From Plasmodiophora brassicae (taxonomy: Eukaryota): 64,000 nt of DNA. The stretch spans positions 992,001 to 1,056,000 of the forward strand of contig CP145410.1 of the NCBI GenBank assembly GCA_036867785.1, read 5' to 3'. Of this stretch, positions 22,323 through 33,677 are shown piece by piece. Both the position numbers and the translations under genes were made by a program. The notes below the pieces were generated by a model. That model ran no database searches. It was not told the DNA's origin and worked only from the letters and a program-made list of their open reading frames with translations. Each line of letters opens with the position of its first letter. Position 1 is the first letter of the stretch.

Positions 22323-23319
22323 ATGACGTGCGTCTGTATTCCACAAGTCGTCGATGGGCACCAGTACTCGCAGTGGATCGGGTCGCTGTTTGGCGCGTGG
22401 TAACCGTCGGGCGTGATGGGGACCAACCGCTGCCTGGTGCTGACTAGAATGGCAGTGCGTATTCCCCAATGGAGAAGGCGTCGTACTGTATCGGGGCGGT
22501 GTCGTTGGTGACATGGCTGATTGCCATGCTGCCGCAGATTGTCGAGATATACAAGGCGAAGAGCGGGTCTGGCATATCTCGCGTCTTCATTGGCATCTGG
22601 TTCGTGTGCGGCACCGGTCGATTATGGTTCAGCTGACGTGACCGCCGGTCTACAGGATCACTGGCGGGTGTGGCATGTTTCTTGGCGGGCTCCTGACCCA
22701 TAATCCGCTGCCGATTTCGCTCGTCGGCTTGTACATCGTTATCTGCAACGTCATCATATTCGCTCAGATCACGTACTACGACCACGTTCGCCGTCGTCCC
22801 TTTGCTGGGTTCTCGCCTACCAAGAGATCAACCGTAATGGTCGTTGCGCTTACCTGCACAGGTACTGCTGCCCTGTTGGCAACTGATGCGATGGTGGCAC
22901 CCGGGTCATCGTCTGGTCGTGCGTTACTCTCCAGTACCAATCCTGTCACCTGCGATTACCGCCCACCAATGTCAGACTCGGTCAGAACGCTGGGTATCAT
23001 TCTGGCGTGGATATCGGGCGTTCTGTTCTTCGTGTCGCGTGTCCCGCAGGTCCTGCAGAACTTCCGCGACCGATGCGTTCGCGGTCTGTCGCTGAAGATG
23101 ATCTCGTTGATCATCTTTGGAAACTCGACGCTCGGACTGCAACTGATCCTAGGCAACAAGCAAGGCGCTACCGAGTTCGTGGTCAAAACCCTGCCGTTCA
23201 TGCTGGGTTCGATCGGCATCGTCTTTTGGGACGTCATCATCCTGATTCAAGCTGCCGTCTACGGGCGTTCCATGGCGACCAAGCAACGTTCCAAGCAGCA
23301 GCATTCCTCGGCTGTTTGA
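22323..23319 (+). CDS. PQ-loop repeat membrane protein (PQLC2/Ypq-like lysosomal or vacuolar amino-acid transporter)
   Basis: Two PQ motifs: WLIAMLPQIVEIYKAKSGSGIS and FVSRVPQVLQNFRDRCVRGLS. Two short 5' introns. Confidence 0.85.
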
Positions 23320-23406
23320 ATACACCCCTTGTCGTGTAGACTAGTAATCATCATTGGTGTTCTCAGGTTGCCATAGAATCGCGGCCGTCGGACCATTACC
23401 AGTGTG

Positions 23407-24314
23407 CTAGTCATGGCCGTCCAAGTGGATGCGCTCCAGCCAGATGATGAACGTGCCGAACAGGGGCCCATTGCCAAACAACTCCTTGTTGCGTTCTTCG
23501 TACGGGAGCGACTCCTTGTGCAGGCGTACTAAAGCAAAGTAGAACCAGGAGAGCAAGGATGACAAGCAGATGGCGATGACGACGTCGATCGTGTAGTGGA
23601 ACTTGGAGGCGACAATCGTAAAGATGCCGAAGACGACTTCAGCCCAAATCAGCCATTGGGCACCAGTCGATAGCCAACGAGCAAGCTTCGTCATGGACTC
23701 TGAAAAGGAATCGTCAGCGACGACAGGGTGAACCTTGCTGACGACGAGACGTGCCTGGACCCGTGTGCAGCTGAACCAGCAACGCACTCAGCATCATACT
23801 TGTCGTGTGGCCACTGAACAGGACATCTCGGCAGGTGACAATCTGCAGGTCGATGACCTTGAACGCATCAATGAACGCGTTGTCGGTCTTGGGGACGATC
23901 GCTGTGCAGGTGTTATCCGGGTTTGGCAGCCGGGTCACCTACAGTGTTGTCGGTGTGACAGTGTTCGATCAAGGTGTCGTATACACCTACTGATATGGAC
24001 ACGCCGCGTAGGAAGAACATGGTTCCCTGTAGGAATGCCCAGCGTCGAATCGTGCGAGCTCGGTATCGGTCACATAGAAGACGAATGATGGCGGAGACGC
24101 CGACAGCAACCACCATGATATTCGGCCACATCGTGGATATGGACGCGTTGGAAAGCAGTTGATAACCGACGTCGGGGAGACGGGGTCCTTGCGGGTCGTC
24201 CATCTGCGAAATGATGATCTGCATGAAGGCGTTGAAGTACAGAGCAGCCAGGAAATAGACGGCTGAGAACACGTTCTGCCTGCAGAACGCGTGTGGAGAG
24301 ACATAGTTGGGCAT
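23407..24314 (-). CDS. Sphingomyelin/IPC synthase-like (SLS/SMS, PAP2_C family), copy 1
   Basis: LPDVGY, TRLPNP, CRDVLFSGHT and HYTIDV catalytic motifs; 2 introns. Confidence 0.88.
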
Positions 24315-24781
24315 AGGTCCCGTCGTATCCAGGGCAGGAAGCAGCTGGTATCGATCCACCACTATCTGACAGCTCGCTGCGGCTCCTGTCGTGTACGAAG
24401 TCGTTCTCGTTCGTGACGGGATCTGACTCGGCGTCTGAGTGAACGACGACGTCCCCTATTAATGACAAAGCCCTCAGTCTCATCCTGCGACGCTGTGGCT
24501 GACTGCATAGCTTGTTCTGGAACATGTTGATTGACTGTCGTATTCTGGAACAAGTGGCGGCCTTCCTGTTCCCAGGGCCACTAACGTGTTGGCCTGCCGA
24601 CAACTTCTTCACATCAGCCAGTGTATAACGCAGAGTCTGAGGAGCACGGCGATGAGGCGGCCCGACAGCCCCTATCGTCAGCGCTAGTCACAAACGGGGG
24701 ACGTCCAGGGTACTTCAGAACAATACGATCTATGGTTCGACAGCATCCGGTGTCGTCTCATTTGGATATTCACTGATTTAT

Positions 24782-25752
24782 TCATGGCAGGCTGGGGATG
24801 CGGCTCTCCGACCAGAACGAGAACACGCTCTGGCGCCGATGGTCCAAGTTGATACGCTCCAGCCATATAATGAACGTACCGAACACGGGCCCATTGCCCA
24901 GCAGTTCCTTTTCGCGCTCCAGGAGCGGACGCGACGCCTCGTGCAATCGCACCAACGCGAAGTAGAACCAGGACAGCAGACAGGACATGGTCACCGCGAT
25001 GACGACGTCGATCGTGTAGTGGAATTTCGAGGCGATGATCGTAAAGATGCCGAAGATGACTTCCGCCCAGATCACGAATTGGGCCGCGCGTGACAGCCGA
25101 CGCCCCACCTTCGTCGTTGAGTCTGCCAGCGACTCATCAGCAACGGCATTGAGTGGCATTCCGGTGATCCATCCCACCTGGTACCGTGTGCAAGTGGACC
25201 AGCAGAGCGCTCAGCATCATGCTCGTGGTGTGGCCGCTGAACAGGACATCCCGACAGGTGACTAACTGCAGGTCGATGACCTTGAATGCATCGATGAACA
25301 CATTGTCGGTCTTGGGGATAACGGCGGCGCAGGTGCTGTCTGGATTGGGCAGCCGGGTTACCTGGGTCACCCGTCAGATCAATCGTCCTGTAGCGGTTCG
25401 AGACAGACCGACGCCATCCTACCGCTATACAGACGCCGCGTAGGAAGAACATGGTTCCTTGAAGGAACGCCCACCGTCGGATCGTGCGAGATCGGTAGCG
25501 GTCGCACAGGAGACGGGCGACGGACGAGACAGCCACAGCGAGGACCATATAGTTCGGCCAGGACGTGCCTATCGAGACGTTGGCGAACAGTTCGTAGCCG
25601 ACATCAGGCAGGCGGGGGCCTTGCTGGTCGTCGGCCTGCGACACGTAGACCTGCATGACGGCGTTGAAGTACACAGCGGCGACGAAGTAGATGGCCGAGA
25701 ACACGTTCTGCTTGCAGAACGGGTGCGGCCCCACATAGTTCGACATGGACAT
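24782..25752 (-). CDS. Sphingomyelin/IPC synthase-like, copy 2 (tandem paralog)
   Basis: Same motifs (CRDVLFSGHT, HYTIDV) and same intron positions as copy 1. Confidence 0.88.
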
Positions 25753-26049
25753 CGGGCGGGACCCCGGATAAGTTTAGGCAGGGACGACGACGATTTGGGA
25801 ATACGGCAGGTTCGGCCTAAGCAACAATGAACTGAATCGCGCTGAAGCGCGTTCCACGAGAGCCCGCGCGGTCGGGGTCAGACTCGCTGCTCCCTCCGTT
25901 GAGTCACGACAACGACCCGACCATGACGCCACTCGCAGCGAGGCGGGTTGCCGCTCGACGGGTCACTTTACCAAACGCGTTATCACGTGCTAATCGTATA
26001 CAATCCAGCCCGCCGCTCTCCACAGGCCCCGTCGCCCGCAGGCACAGCA

Positions 26050-26823
26050 ATGAAGGGGACCATCAGATCACCGTCGAAAGCGCTGCTGGCCGACCTGATC
26101 GAGCTGTGCGGGTACTCGCCGCGCTCGGGCGCCGACCTGGACATGCGCGTGTCGCCGATGAACTGGTACCCTGTCAGCGTCCTGCAGGTCGGATCCGGCG
26201 ACGGCGGCACTGAGGTCGCCATCTTCGAGTACGCCGCCGACCTCGTCGTCGTGTTTCGCCGAGGCGACGACGACGCCGGTGACCTGTCAGCGGTCACGTT
26301 CGAGCGGGAGAAGTTCACCGACCTGGTCGGCATGAACGTGTCGGTGAACAAGGTGGCGCTGGGCATGTGGCGCGACCTGAACGTGCACGAGTTCGTCGCC
26401 GGCTGGGCCAACGAAAACCCGGCCGGGCGCGTCTTCATTACCGGGTACGCCATGGGCGGCACCATGGCCCTGCTTCAGGCCATGTACACGCAGAACCACA
26501 TGGATCTGGGCGACCGTCTCGTCTCCATCACGTTCGGTGCCGTCCGCGCCGGCAGTCGCACGTTCGTCAGGAACTTCAACGGCGCCGTCAGGAACGCGTA
26601 CCGATTCGTGAACGCGATGGACCCGGTCAGCGAGCTGGGCGGGTGCAGCCTGGCCCGCCTGCACCACCCGGGCGCCGTCCGCCACCTGCTCGACGACGGT
26701 ATCCACCTGACGTACATCAGCAAGTGGCGCGCCCTGCTGGCGGCCACGTTCGACGGCAGCGACCACGCGCTCGACGCCTACGCCGACGCCGTCGCGTCGT
26801 GGAACGGCAAGATCATCGACTAG
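26050..26823 (+). CDS. Class 3 lipase-like alpha/beta hydrolase lacking the catalytic Ser (pseudo-enzyme)
   Basis: LVVVFRRG, VFITGYAMGGTMA (canonical GHSLGG), ITFGAVRAGSRTF, RFVNAMDPV and DHALDAY. Confidence 0.8.
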   Translation: MKGTIRSPSKALLADLIELCGYSPRSGADLDMRVSPMNWYPVSVLQVGSGDGGTEVAIFEYAADLVVVFRRGDDDAGDLSAVTFEREKFTDLVGMNVSVNKVALGMWRDLNVHEFVAGWANENPAGRVFITGYAMGGTMALLQAMYTQNHMDLGDRLVSITFGAVRAGSRTFVRNFNGAVRNAYRFVNAMDPVSELGGCSLARLHHPGAVRHLLDDGIHLTYISKWRALLAATFDGSDHALDAYADAVASWNGKIID

Positions 26824-26980
26824 GCCACCATAATACAGACACTGCATCGTTACGCTTGTTGTGGAACCTTTAGACGCGCAGGCGCTCGCGGCAGGACATG
26901 CATTACATGGGTGAGACGATCAGCGGTGTACGTATCCGTTTATAGTTGTGTTAAGTTTCTGGACATGGGGCGCGCCGTCG

Positions 26981-28069
26981 TCACCTGCTACTAGTGGTCG
27001 ACGGCCAGGTCGCGTGCGCGTCGAACGGCCCCTTGCCGGTGTTGCTGGTTGGCGACTGGCGCATCTCCTTGATGCCGAGCTCGTACAGGCTGACCGGGAG
27101 GCGGCAGGCGAACGGCGCCAGGTACTCCCGGTCCGTGATGTGCCGGGACGTGATGCGCTCGACGAACGCGCCGATGTCGTCTTCCATGTGGTACCGGGCG
27201 AGACGGCCGCGGACGTTGACGGCGATGTTCTTCATGGCCGATGACGATTCGTGCAGGTGCATGGCGTACCGCATCAGGATGCGTCGGGTCCGTTCGATCC
27301 GCTCCTCTTCCATGCGCTGCAGGACCTCGAGCATACGCGGGCGGGCGTTGCCGGTGACCTCGCTGAGCCAGACGTTGGCGCGGTCGACCTCCTCCATGTA
27401 CTTGACGACTTCGGCGCGCGCCCTGCCCACGATCTGCTCCTGCTTCCTCGCCGGCATGCTCTTGAACTTGGGCCTCAGCATCGGCATGACGACCTCGTTG
27501 CATCGCAGCTGCTTCTTGACGATCAGCGTCTGCTGGTTGGCCAGCGGACGCGACAGGCGGTCGTTCTCCTTGACGATCAGGTCGAGCTTCTTGGCGCTGA
27601 CCTGGTAGTGCCTCTGCATCGGGCCGACTAGTCGCAGCAGGCTGGACGACATGACCTTCGCCGAGGTTGCCCAGTTCCTGGACTCCTCGATCGTCTGCAT
27701 CCAGACGTCGCGAATGTTCTGCATGCCGTCGACGTCGTTGTAGACGGCGAAGTTGACCATCTCCTTGTCGACGATCTTGGCCAGCTTGTTGGCGAACTCG
27801 TCCTGCAGGCGTGCGACCTCGTGGACGAAGACGGTGACGCGTTCGCTGAAGTCGATCCCGGTGCGCGCCTGCGTCATGACGGCGCGCAGGTCATGGACCA
27901 TCTCCTTGGCGAACACGCCCGACGTCGCGGACGGCATCGTTATGCTGTCCGCCCCGGTGACCTGCGTGCGGGACTCACTCGTGGCCGTCCCGTCGTCATC
28001 GGTGTAGGTCGTCTCATCACACGCCGATTCGTCAAAGACGTCGTCGTTTGCTGTCAAACGCTGCCTCAT
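26981..28069 (-). CDS. F-BAR (FCH) domain protein
   Basis: GIDFSERVTVFVHEVARLQDEFANKLAKI, then W, LEVLQRMEEERIERTRRIL and EDDIGAFVE; coiled-coil composition. Confidence 0.72.
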   Translation of the reverse strand: MRQRLTANDDVFDESACDETTYTDDDGTATSESRTQVTGADSITMPSATSGVFAKEMVHDLRAVMTQARTGIDFSERVTVFVHEVARLQDEFANKLAKIVDKEMVNFAVYNDVDGMQNIRDVWMQTIEESRNWATSAKVMSSSLLRLVGPMQRHYQVSAKKLDLIVKENDRLSRPLANQQTLIVKKQLRCNEVVMPMLRPKFKSMPARKQEQIVGRARAEVVKYMEEVDRANVWLSEVTGNARPRMLEVLQRMEEERIERTRRILMRYAMHLHESSSAMKNIAVNVRGRLARYHMEDDIGAFVERITSRHITDREYLAPFACRLPVSLYELGIKEMRQSPTSNTGKGPFDAHATWPSTTSSR

Positions 28070-28324
28070 ATCCCCTAATATATGCTTACGAGCGATAATG
28101 AGACGTGAAATGGCTCGGCCATCGTTGACCCAGCGGGCAATCGCTGCGGTCACGTGGCCAGGTCAAATGAGTCAACCCAGCGGGCACCTTGCCGAACGTG
28201 ACGCAGAGCACGGTGCACGAGGCAGCCGGCTGAGGCCACCAAGTCACGTTGATGCGCGCACAGCAGGGGCATACACACATAAACACGACGTATATATCTT
28301 ATTGTGAGGACGGATGGACATAGG

Positions 28325-31300
28325 TCACGCGTGCTTCGTCAGCGTGCGGATCGCGGCAAACAGGGCGTCCTCTGGGAAGGTCTCCGACGACGGGGCACTG
28401 GAACGCCCGGCGATGTCGACGGTATACCGCGCGACGCTATCGGCGCCAGTGCGCTTTGCCGTTCGAAGCAGGACGATGCCGCGCGTGTCGTGCGTGACAG
28501 ATTTGAGAATCGACTGCAACGGCGCAATCTGCTCGAGAGAAAAGACGGGCATTGCACGTAGTGATAGCGGCGGTTTCTGCCCCGCGTCTAACGCTCGTTG
28601 CTGACACGCAACGTCAGTGCAAACCGGGGGGAGAGATTACGGCGTTGTTCACCTTCAGGGGGTTAATGAGCTCAACGCGAGCAATTTCTAAGCGAAGCTG
28701 GAGCGCCTCCGATACCAGGTGATGCCCTTCGAAAACAAGAACGTCCGTAATGAGGAACCTGTCGATCTTGTCTTGCGCGTCAACATCACACACAAGGTGG
28801 CCGCACGCTATCGTCTGGTCTACAAACCCGCCCTTCTTGCGACGAGGAAACTCCAGTTCCTGTACTCTGATAGGGGCGGACGACCGATCTGTACGAATTC
28901 GTTCGCGATTAGATGGCATTTCCGATAATCGAGAGGTAGCATTACCTAAAGGGAAAATGAAAGATCCTTCCGCCAGGATGAACAGAAACGATAACGGTGC
29001 TGCTGGCAGCCATGTCATGCAGTAGGACGATGCAGATATAACCGACAGGTCTGACTCGCGCAGCGCCGAACCTTGCAAACGCTGAGCGACCGTGTCGAAT
29101 GGAGCATTCATCAAGTTGAATGCTGTCGAAAACTCATGAGAGGCGAAGGGCATCAGGCAATCCAGGCAACGCACCTATTTCCTCAAGACGATCTGCCATG
29201 GCAGGGCATTTCACCATATACGAACGTGATACGTTCGGAGAGGGCGACTCCCCAGACGAGACAGAAGATGGGGTGGGTATCATTGGCGAACTGCTGGCTG
29301 GCGACATCTCCACAGGGGTTGTCGCCTCGGCTTGTCGGGGGCGCTTCCCGCGCACGCTACCAGAGCGCTCATCGCCTGGATGAAGGTAGTGCAGTACGGC
29401 CGCATCAGTGGTACCGCGCCCGTGGACGGGATTGTTTCCATGATGCGACGTCGGAATAGAGGCACCGCGGGTCCCATCGACATACTCGTCATGGATGAGC
29501 CTTGACGTCGGCGGCAACGGCTTCACGTTGAAGTCCGCCAAGAACTGATGAGCGACCTGGACCAATTGACACGGTTGTCAAACGCTTGCATCGTACTGCA
29601 AACGAGAGCTAGTCGGTACCTTCCAGCGGGCTCCTTGAAAGTCGTCCCTTTCCTGTTGGGACATCTTGTGGAAATGTGCGACGTTTGCGTCGATGGCCTC
29701 GATCTGGCCGTGACCAAACAAATCTCTCAGGCCACATCAAGAGCAGGACCGGACGCGCTTCGTACCTGGAACTTTTGGAAGTACAAAGCAGCGGACACTG
29801 CTTGATCAACGAAATCACTGGGGATGTGTTCATAATCCACAATGGCCAGGTCAACAGGGAACGAGCTCGGATCCGACACGAAGTGACAGAGCCGGTCCAG
29901 AAGTGTCGCTGGAGCCCCTCGGTAATCGCGCGCGACAACATATCTGGAGAGACTTGATCAGGCATTATTCGGCCCAGTCTTGCAGTACGTCTTACAGTTC
30001 ACCATTAGCAGGCCGCGATGTCATCGGTTTTACGACGTCAACGCTCCCGAAAAGTGCGGAAATGAGATAGACCAGAGATATCGACTGCGATTCAAGTAGA
30101 GAGAAAACTTTGAAGATGAGGGTGCCTCCAAGGTTTAAGCATCCCAGTGCGCAGACGACTTCCGCGTAGATCAGCGGAAGTGACACTGTTTCCTGAAGCG
30201 CAGATGTGAGCACAGAGAAGTACGACTTTTGATACACGCACGGAGACCTCCTCGTTTGGCTGGGCGATACTGTCCAGACTGCCATCGGCTGTGACAATAT
30301 CAACGAGGCTCTCTTCATTCGCGCCGACTCTTCTCCATATATCACGAATATTATTGATGTCCATCATTTGACCAGTATCATCGGCACCAAACAGCCAGTG
30401 TTGCCTGAGCACCCACGTTAAGCCCTGGCGTAATCAGTGCCAATTCGTGCTGAACATGCCTGGTCTTTTTGATGAACTTATCATCACGAACCATCCACAC
30501 GTTCTCGTTGGCATCATGATATGGATTGAGCGATGATGCGTACCAGTTGAAGACCACATCGGGAAATTGTGTCCGCACGTAGTGATTCAGTGCACAGACA
30601 AACGCGCCTGGTGCCTCACATAGATGAAGAGATCGGATCTGTCCACGGCGGACAGCAGTAGACGGAATGGAATCGGGGAACTGGGCAACAATCTCGAACA
30701 ACTTTGTCCAGGCATTCGTTCCCATTTCGATATGAGCCGCCTGCCGCAACTGGCGTACAACTAATCCGGAAGGATTTAGTGCAGCGGTATGTTGCGACCA
30801 GCTATCCCGGCCAAACTATTATCAGGTGCAAGAAGATAAGTTCGACTGACATAACAGAACAGACAATTGTGACCTGACCTTGGCAACCAGAGGATCGAGC
30901 TGATTCTTGGTGGCACACAAGTCTGATTTAGCTTGATCAAGTTCGTCCATATGCCGAGACTTGACGCTCATGATCCAACTTGGATCGAGGGCGGCACCCA
31001 CGCTCGATGGCAGAGGTACCCGTTTCTTAAACAGACTTCCGTCGCTGTCAAATATGTGCATGGCCTTCTCAAGTGATGGCAACAGACCAGAATCTGGAGA
31101 GCACAGTATCAGTGATATATATCGCTTGAGACGTGTAACACAATTGACTAAGGTATTACCGCGAGGTCGTTTGGGAATCCCAGAAAGTGAAACAGACGCG
31201 GATTGAAGAGACTTCGGGAACGACAACGTTTCGTACGGGTTTGACGATATGGTCTCCCCATGGACGTCGGGACGTGGAGCAGTCGTCTCAGCAGTAACGG

Positions 31301-31676
31301 CAATCTTCATCCGCTTTGGACGATGCTTTGGCGGGTGAGCACTCGCTTTCGTTTTCTGATTCTGTTTGGGCAACCCCTGTAACTATGACGAAATAGTGCT
31401 CCGAGCATCATTGCATGCCTGGGACTGAAGCGCTTTTGCAACCTCCTCAATGGACGGCTTCGATGCGGTCGTGGAGACAGGCGCGACCCTTACAACAGGC
31501 TGCGGAGACGCCTGCAACGTCTGTCAGCGCTAGTACTTGCAGATCGGGACGTGGCGTACCGCATTAGCAGGTTGTCGTGCGCGCGCTCGAGCATATGCGG
31601 CGAGCAGGGCAACCTCCTCGACCCATAGGTCAGGGGCTGCAGTCCCACCCGCTACGCCCTTCTTGGCGTCCGTCAT
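28325..31676 (-). CDS. CMTR2: Cap2 mRNA 2'-O-methyltransferase CMTR2/FTSJD1-like with C-terminal degenerate guanylyltransferase-like domain (multi-exon)
   Basis: TNAWTKLFEI, SLHLCEAPGAFVCALNHY, SSLNPYHDAN, VTADGS, GGTLIFKVF and KPMTSRPANGE. C-terminal QTIACGHLVCD...RFLITDVLVFEG. The 5' exons and the fusion are inferred by eye. Confidence 0.8.
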
Positions 31677-32272
31677 GCGAACACCACGCACTATCTGTCG
31701 GGTCTTCGCCGCGCGCATCGATGACGGCCGACGGGGCGTGCTCCGGTGCATGACTGGCCGACGAACATTGCAGAGTACCTGTATGAGACGGCGGCAAGGA
31801 CGGAAATACGAATGAGGCCGTCTTGACTCGAGAGGGGACGGAAGGGGGATTCAACCGTTGCCGTACGCCAAGGCAGGGGGAGAGCTGTTGCTGACGCTGA
31901 CAACCGCAGTAGTAGTATGGGGTATTGTTGTTGCACAAACCCATGGGCAATGGGTTGCAATCTGTCCTGGTACGATGGCGCGCGAAGCCAACGTCTTGTT
32001 CTTCATATGCATATCTGTTGGCCCCTGGTTCACCGCACGATCGCGTGTCCCCGATGTCTTGCGCATTGTTACATTGCGAAACTGCCATGTGCTCATCGCG
32101 TGCGTTAAGAATTCACTCTGGTAGCGGTGATCGGCGTAACCCTGTTGTGCTTACGCCAGCATAGTGATGAGCGCTCGGCATCACAGCTATAATGACAGTC
32201 AATTCTTCTGGTTCCGCATTGTAATTGTTGGCAGGTTGAAGCGCGTTTGAACAGGGTCGTGCAGTTCCATCG

Positions 32273-32370
32273 ACTAGACACACTTGCTATCCGACAGATT
32301 CAGAGCGTCAAGTGCCCTTTACAACGGTTACTTGGGACTCTTAATCTGTTGGAAAGCGAGTGTGCTTAGT
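32273..32370 (+). ncRNA. Candidate pre-miRNA-like hairpin (98 nt)
   Basis: 45-nt arms pair without bulges around an 8-nt loop: 39 of 45 positions paired, 5 of them G-U. It is intergenic and expression is unknown. Confidence 0.4.
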
Positions 32371-32630
32371 ACATAATGTACAGTTGGAAATCAAACGGCT
32401 CCAACCTGGGCCTGGTAGAGAATTACTTCTATTGTTCTTACAATCGGCGATCGCCTTTCTGACCGCAGCCATGGCGTCGTCTGTGCTGCGTCCCAGGGAC
32501 GGCTCATCAGCACGGGAGGCCAGCAATGTATAACATGGGCCTATGACAGAGAAACAGTGGGGACTGCACGTGACGTCAAGGTCGTCGGCATGCCTGCGAG
32601 ATGGTCCCTTGGTGCGTTTCGAAAATCGAA

Positions 32631-33627
32631 ATGGCTGTTGCGCCAAAAACCGAGGTGGAGTACGACTGCGATCCGCCGATCCCGCCGCGAAAAGGGCCAC
32701 GCCGTCCTCTGTCATCCACAGCAGCTTCAGCGTGACACTGTGCGGCTGTCATGACGAGAGTATGGGACGTATACAGGAGCGCGATGCTGACACAGCGGAA
32801 GTTGCGATACCGACCTCATGCAGCGCCGTCTCTCGCCGGCCGGGAGATGCCGCTGGATGTGTTGCTGGGATCGAGCGACACCGCGATCACCAACTATATT
32901 GACAAACATCGGGAGGAGGACGAGCGAATGAGATCCATAAAGGAAGCCAGACGCCTTGCCGAAATGGAAAGAAAGGTAAGCCGTTCGAGTTATCCCGAGC
33001 GAGTCTATCGGCCGACTCAAAAACGCAAACGGCTTTCGCAGACTAAGTTGAAGAGGACGCCAGGCGTGCTCTTGCATACCCAGATTCTCTGCAATACGGG
33101 CACCAGGTCAAGCACCTGTATACATACTTATGATGCTATGGGGGTCGCCTAAGTGCTGCTGGATCTTCAGGCGCCACCTGTTACCGGAAACGAAAGACGA
33201 TTGCAACATGATCGTCCTGCGTACCAGGAACAGGAACGACTACGGAATCGTCGTTGAAGTCCTCGACAAGTTGATTCTTCACGCTGCGTTGCAACTGACC
33301 GGTTCTCCTTTCGGGCCAGAACGCGACGAAGACATGTCGTACAAAGCGTTTCTCCGCTGGCTAGATGCTTCGGCTTGCCTGGTCAGCGGCGTCACTAATC
33401 GCAACCGGACTGGACAGGCCGCCTGGTGTCAACTAACCCAGGAGCAGGCCAACGAGATCGCGTTTCGCAAATGGCGCATTCCCCAGTGGGCGTCTAGCAT
33501 TGACGCTGCGAGGTACAGGGGCCCAGTCGCCAAAGTCCTCTGGCTGAGAGGCACCAACCGCAACGAAGCCCACATGTTCAACGCGCCCATCGACGTATTC
33601 GGCCGTATCAAAGTACACGTCCCGTAA
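32631..33627 (+). CDS. Hypothetical protein (multi-exon)
   Basis: MAVAPKTEVEY exon, then a GT-AG intron at about 32732-32776 joining ORF 32751.., then ORF 33130..33627. No family recognised. Confidence 0.55.
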
Positions 33628-33677
33628 CGCCGTCTGCTTGCGCCAAACCGAGCCTCGTTGTATTCATAGCGGCCGCA

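Noticed and set aside
32137-32143. TAACCCT as a possible telomerase RNA template
   Set aside because: It is only 7 nt, partly buried in a stem, expected by chance, and the telomere repeat cannot be seen in this window.
32313-32323. TGCCCTTTACA resembling U5 snRNA loop I (GCCUUUUAC)
   Set aside because: One invariant base is mismatched, the stem does not close an 11-nt loop, and there is no Sm site downstream.
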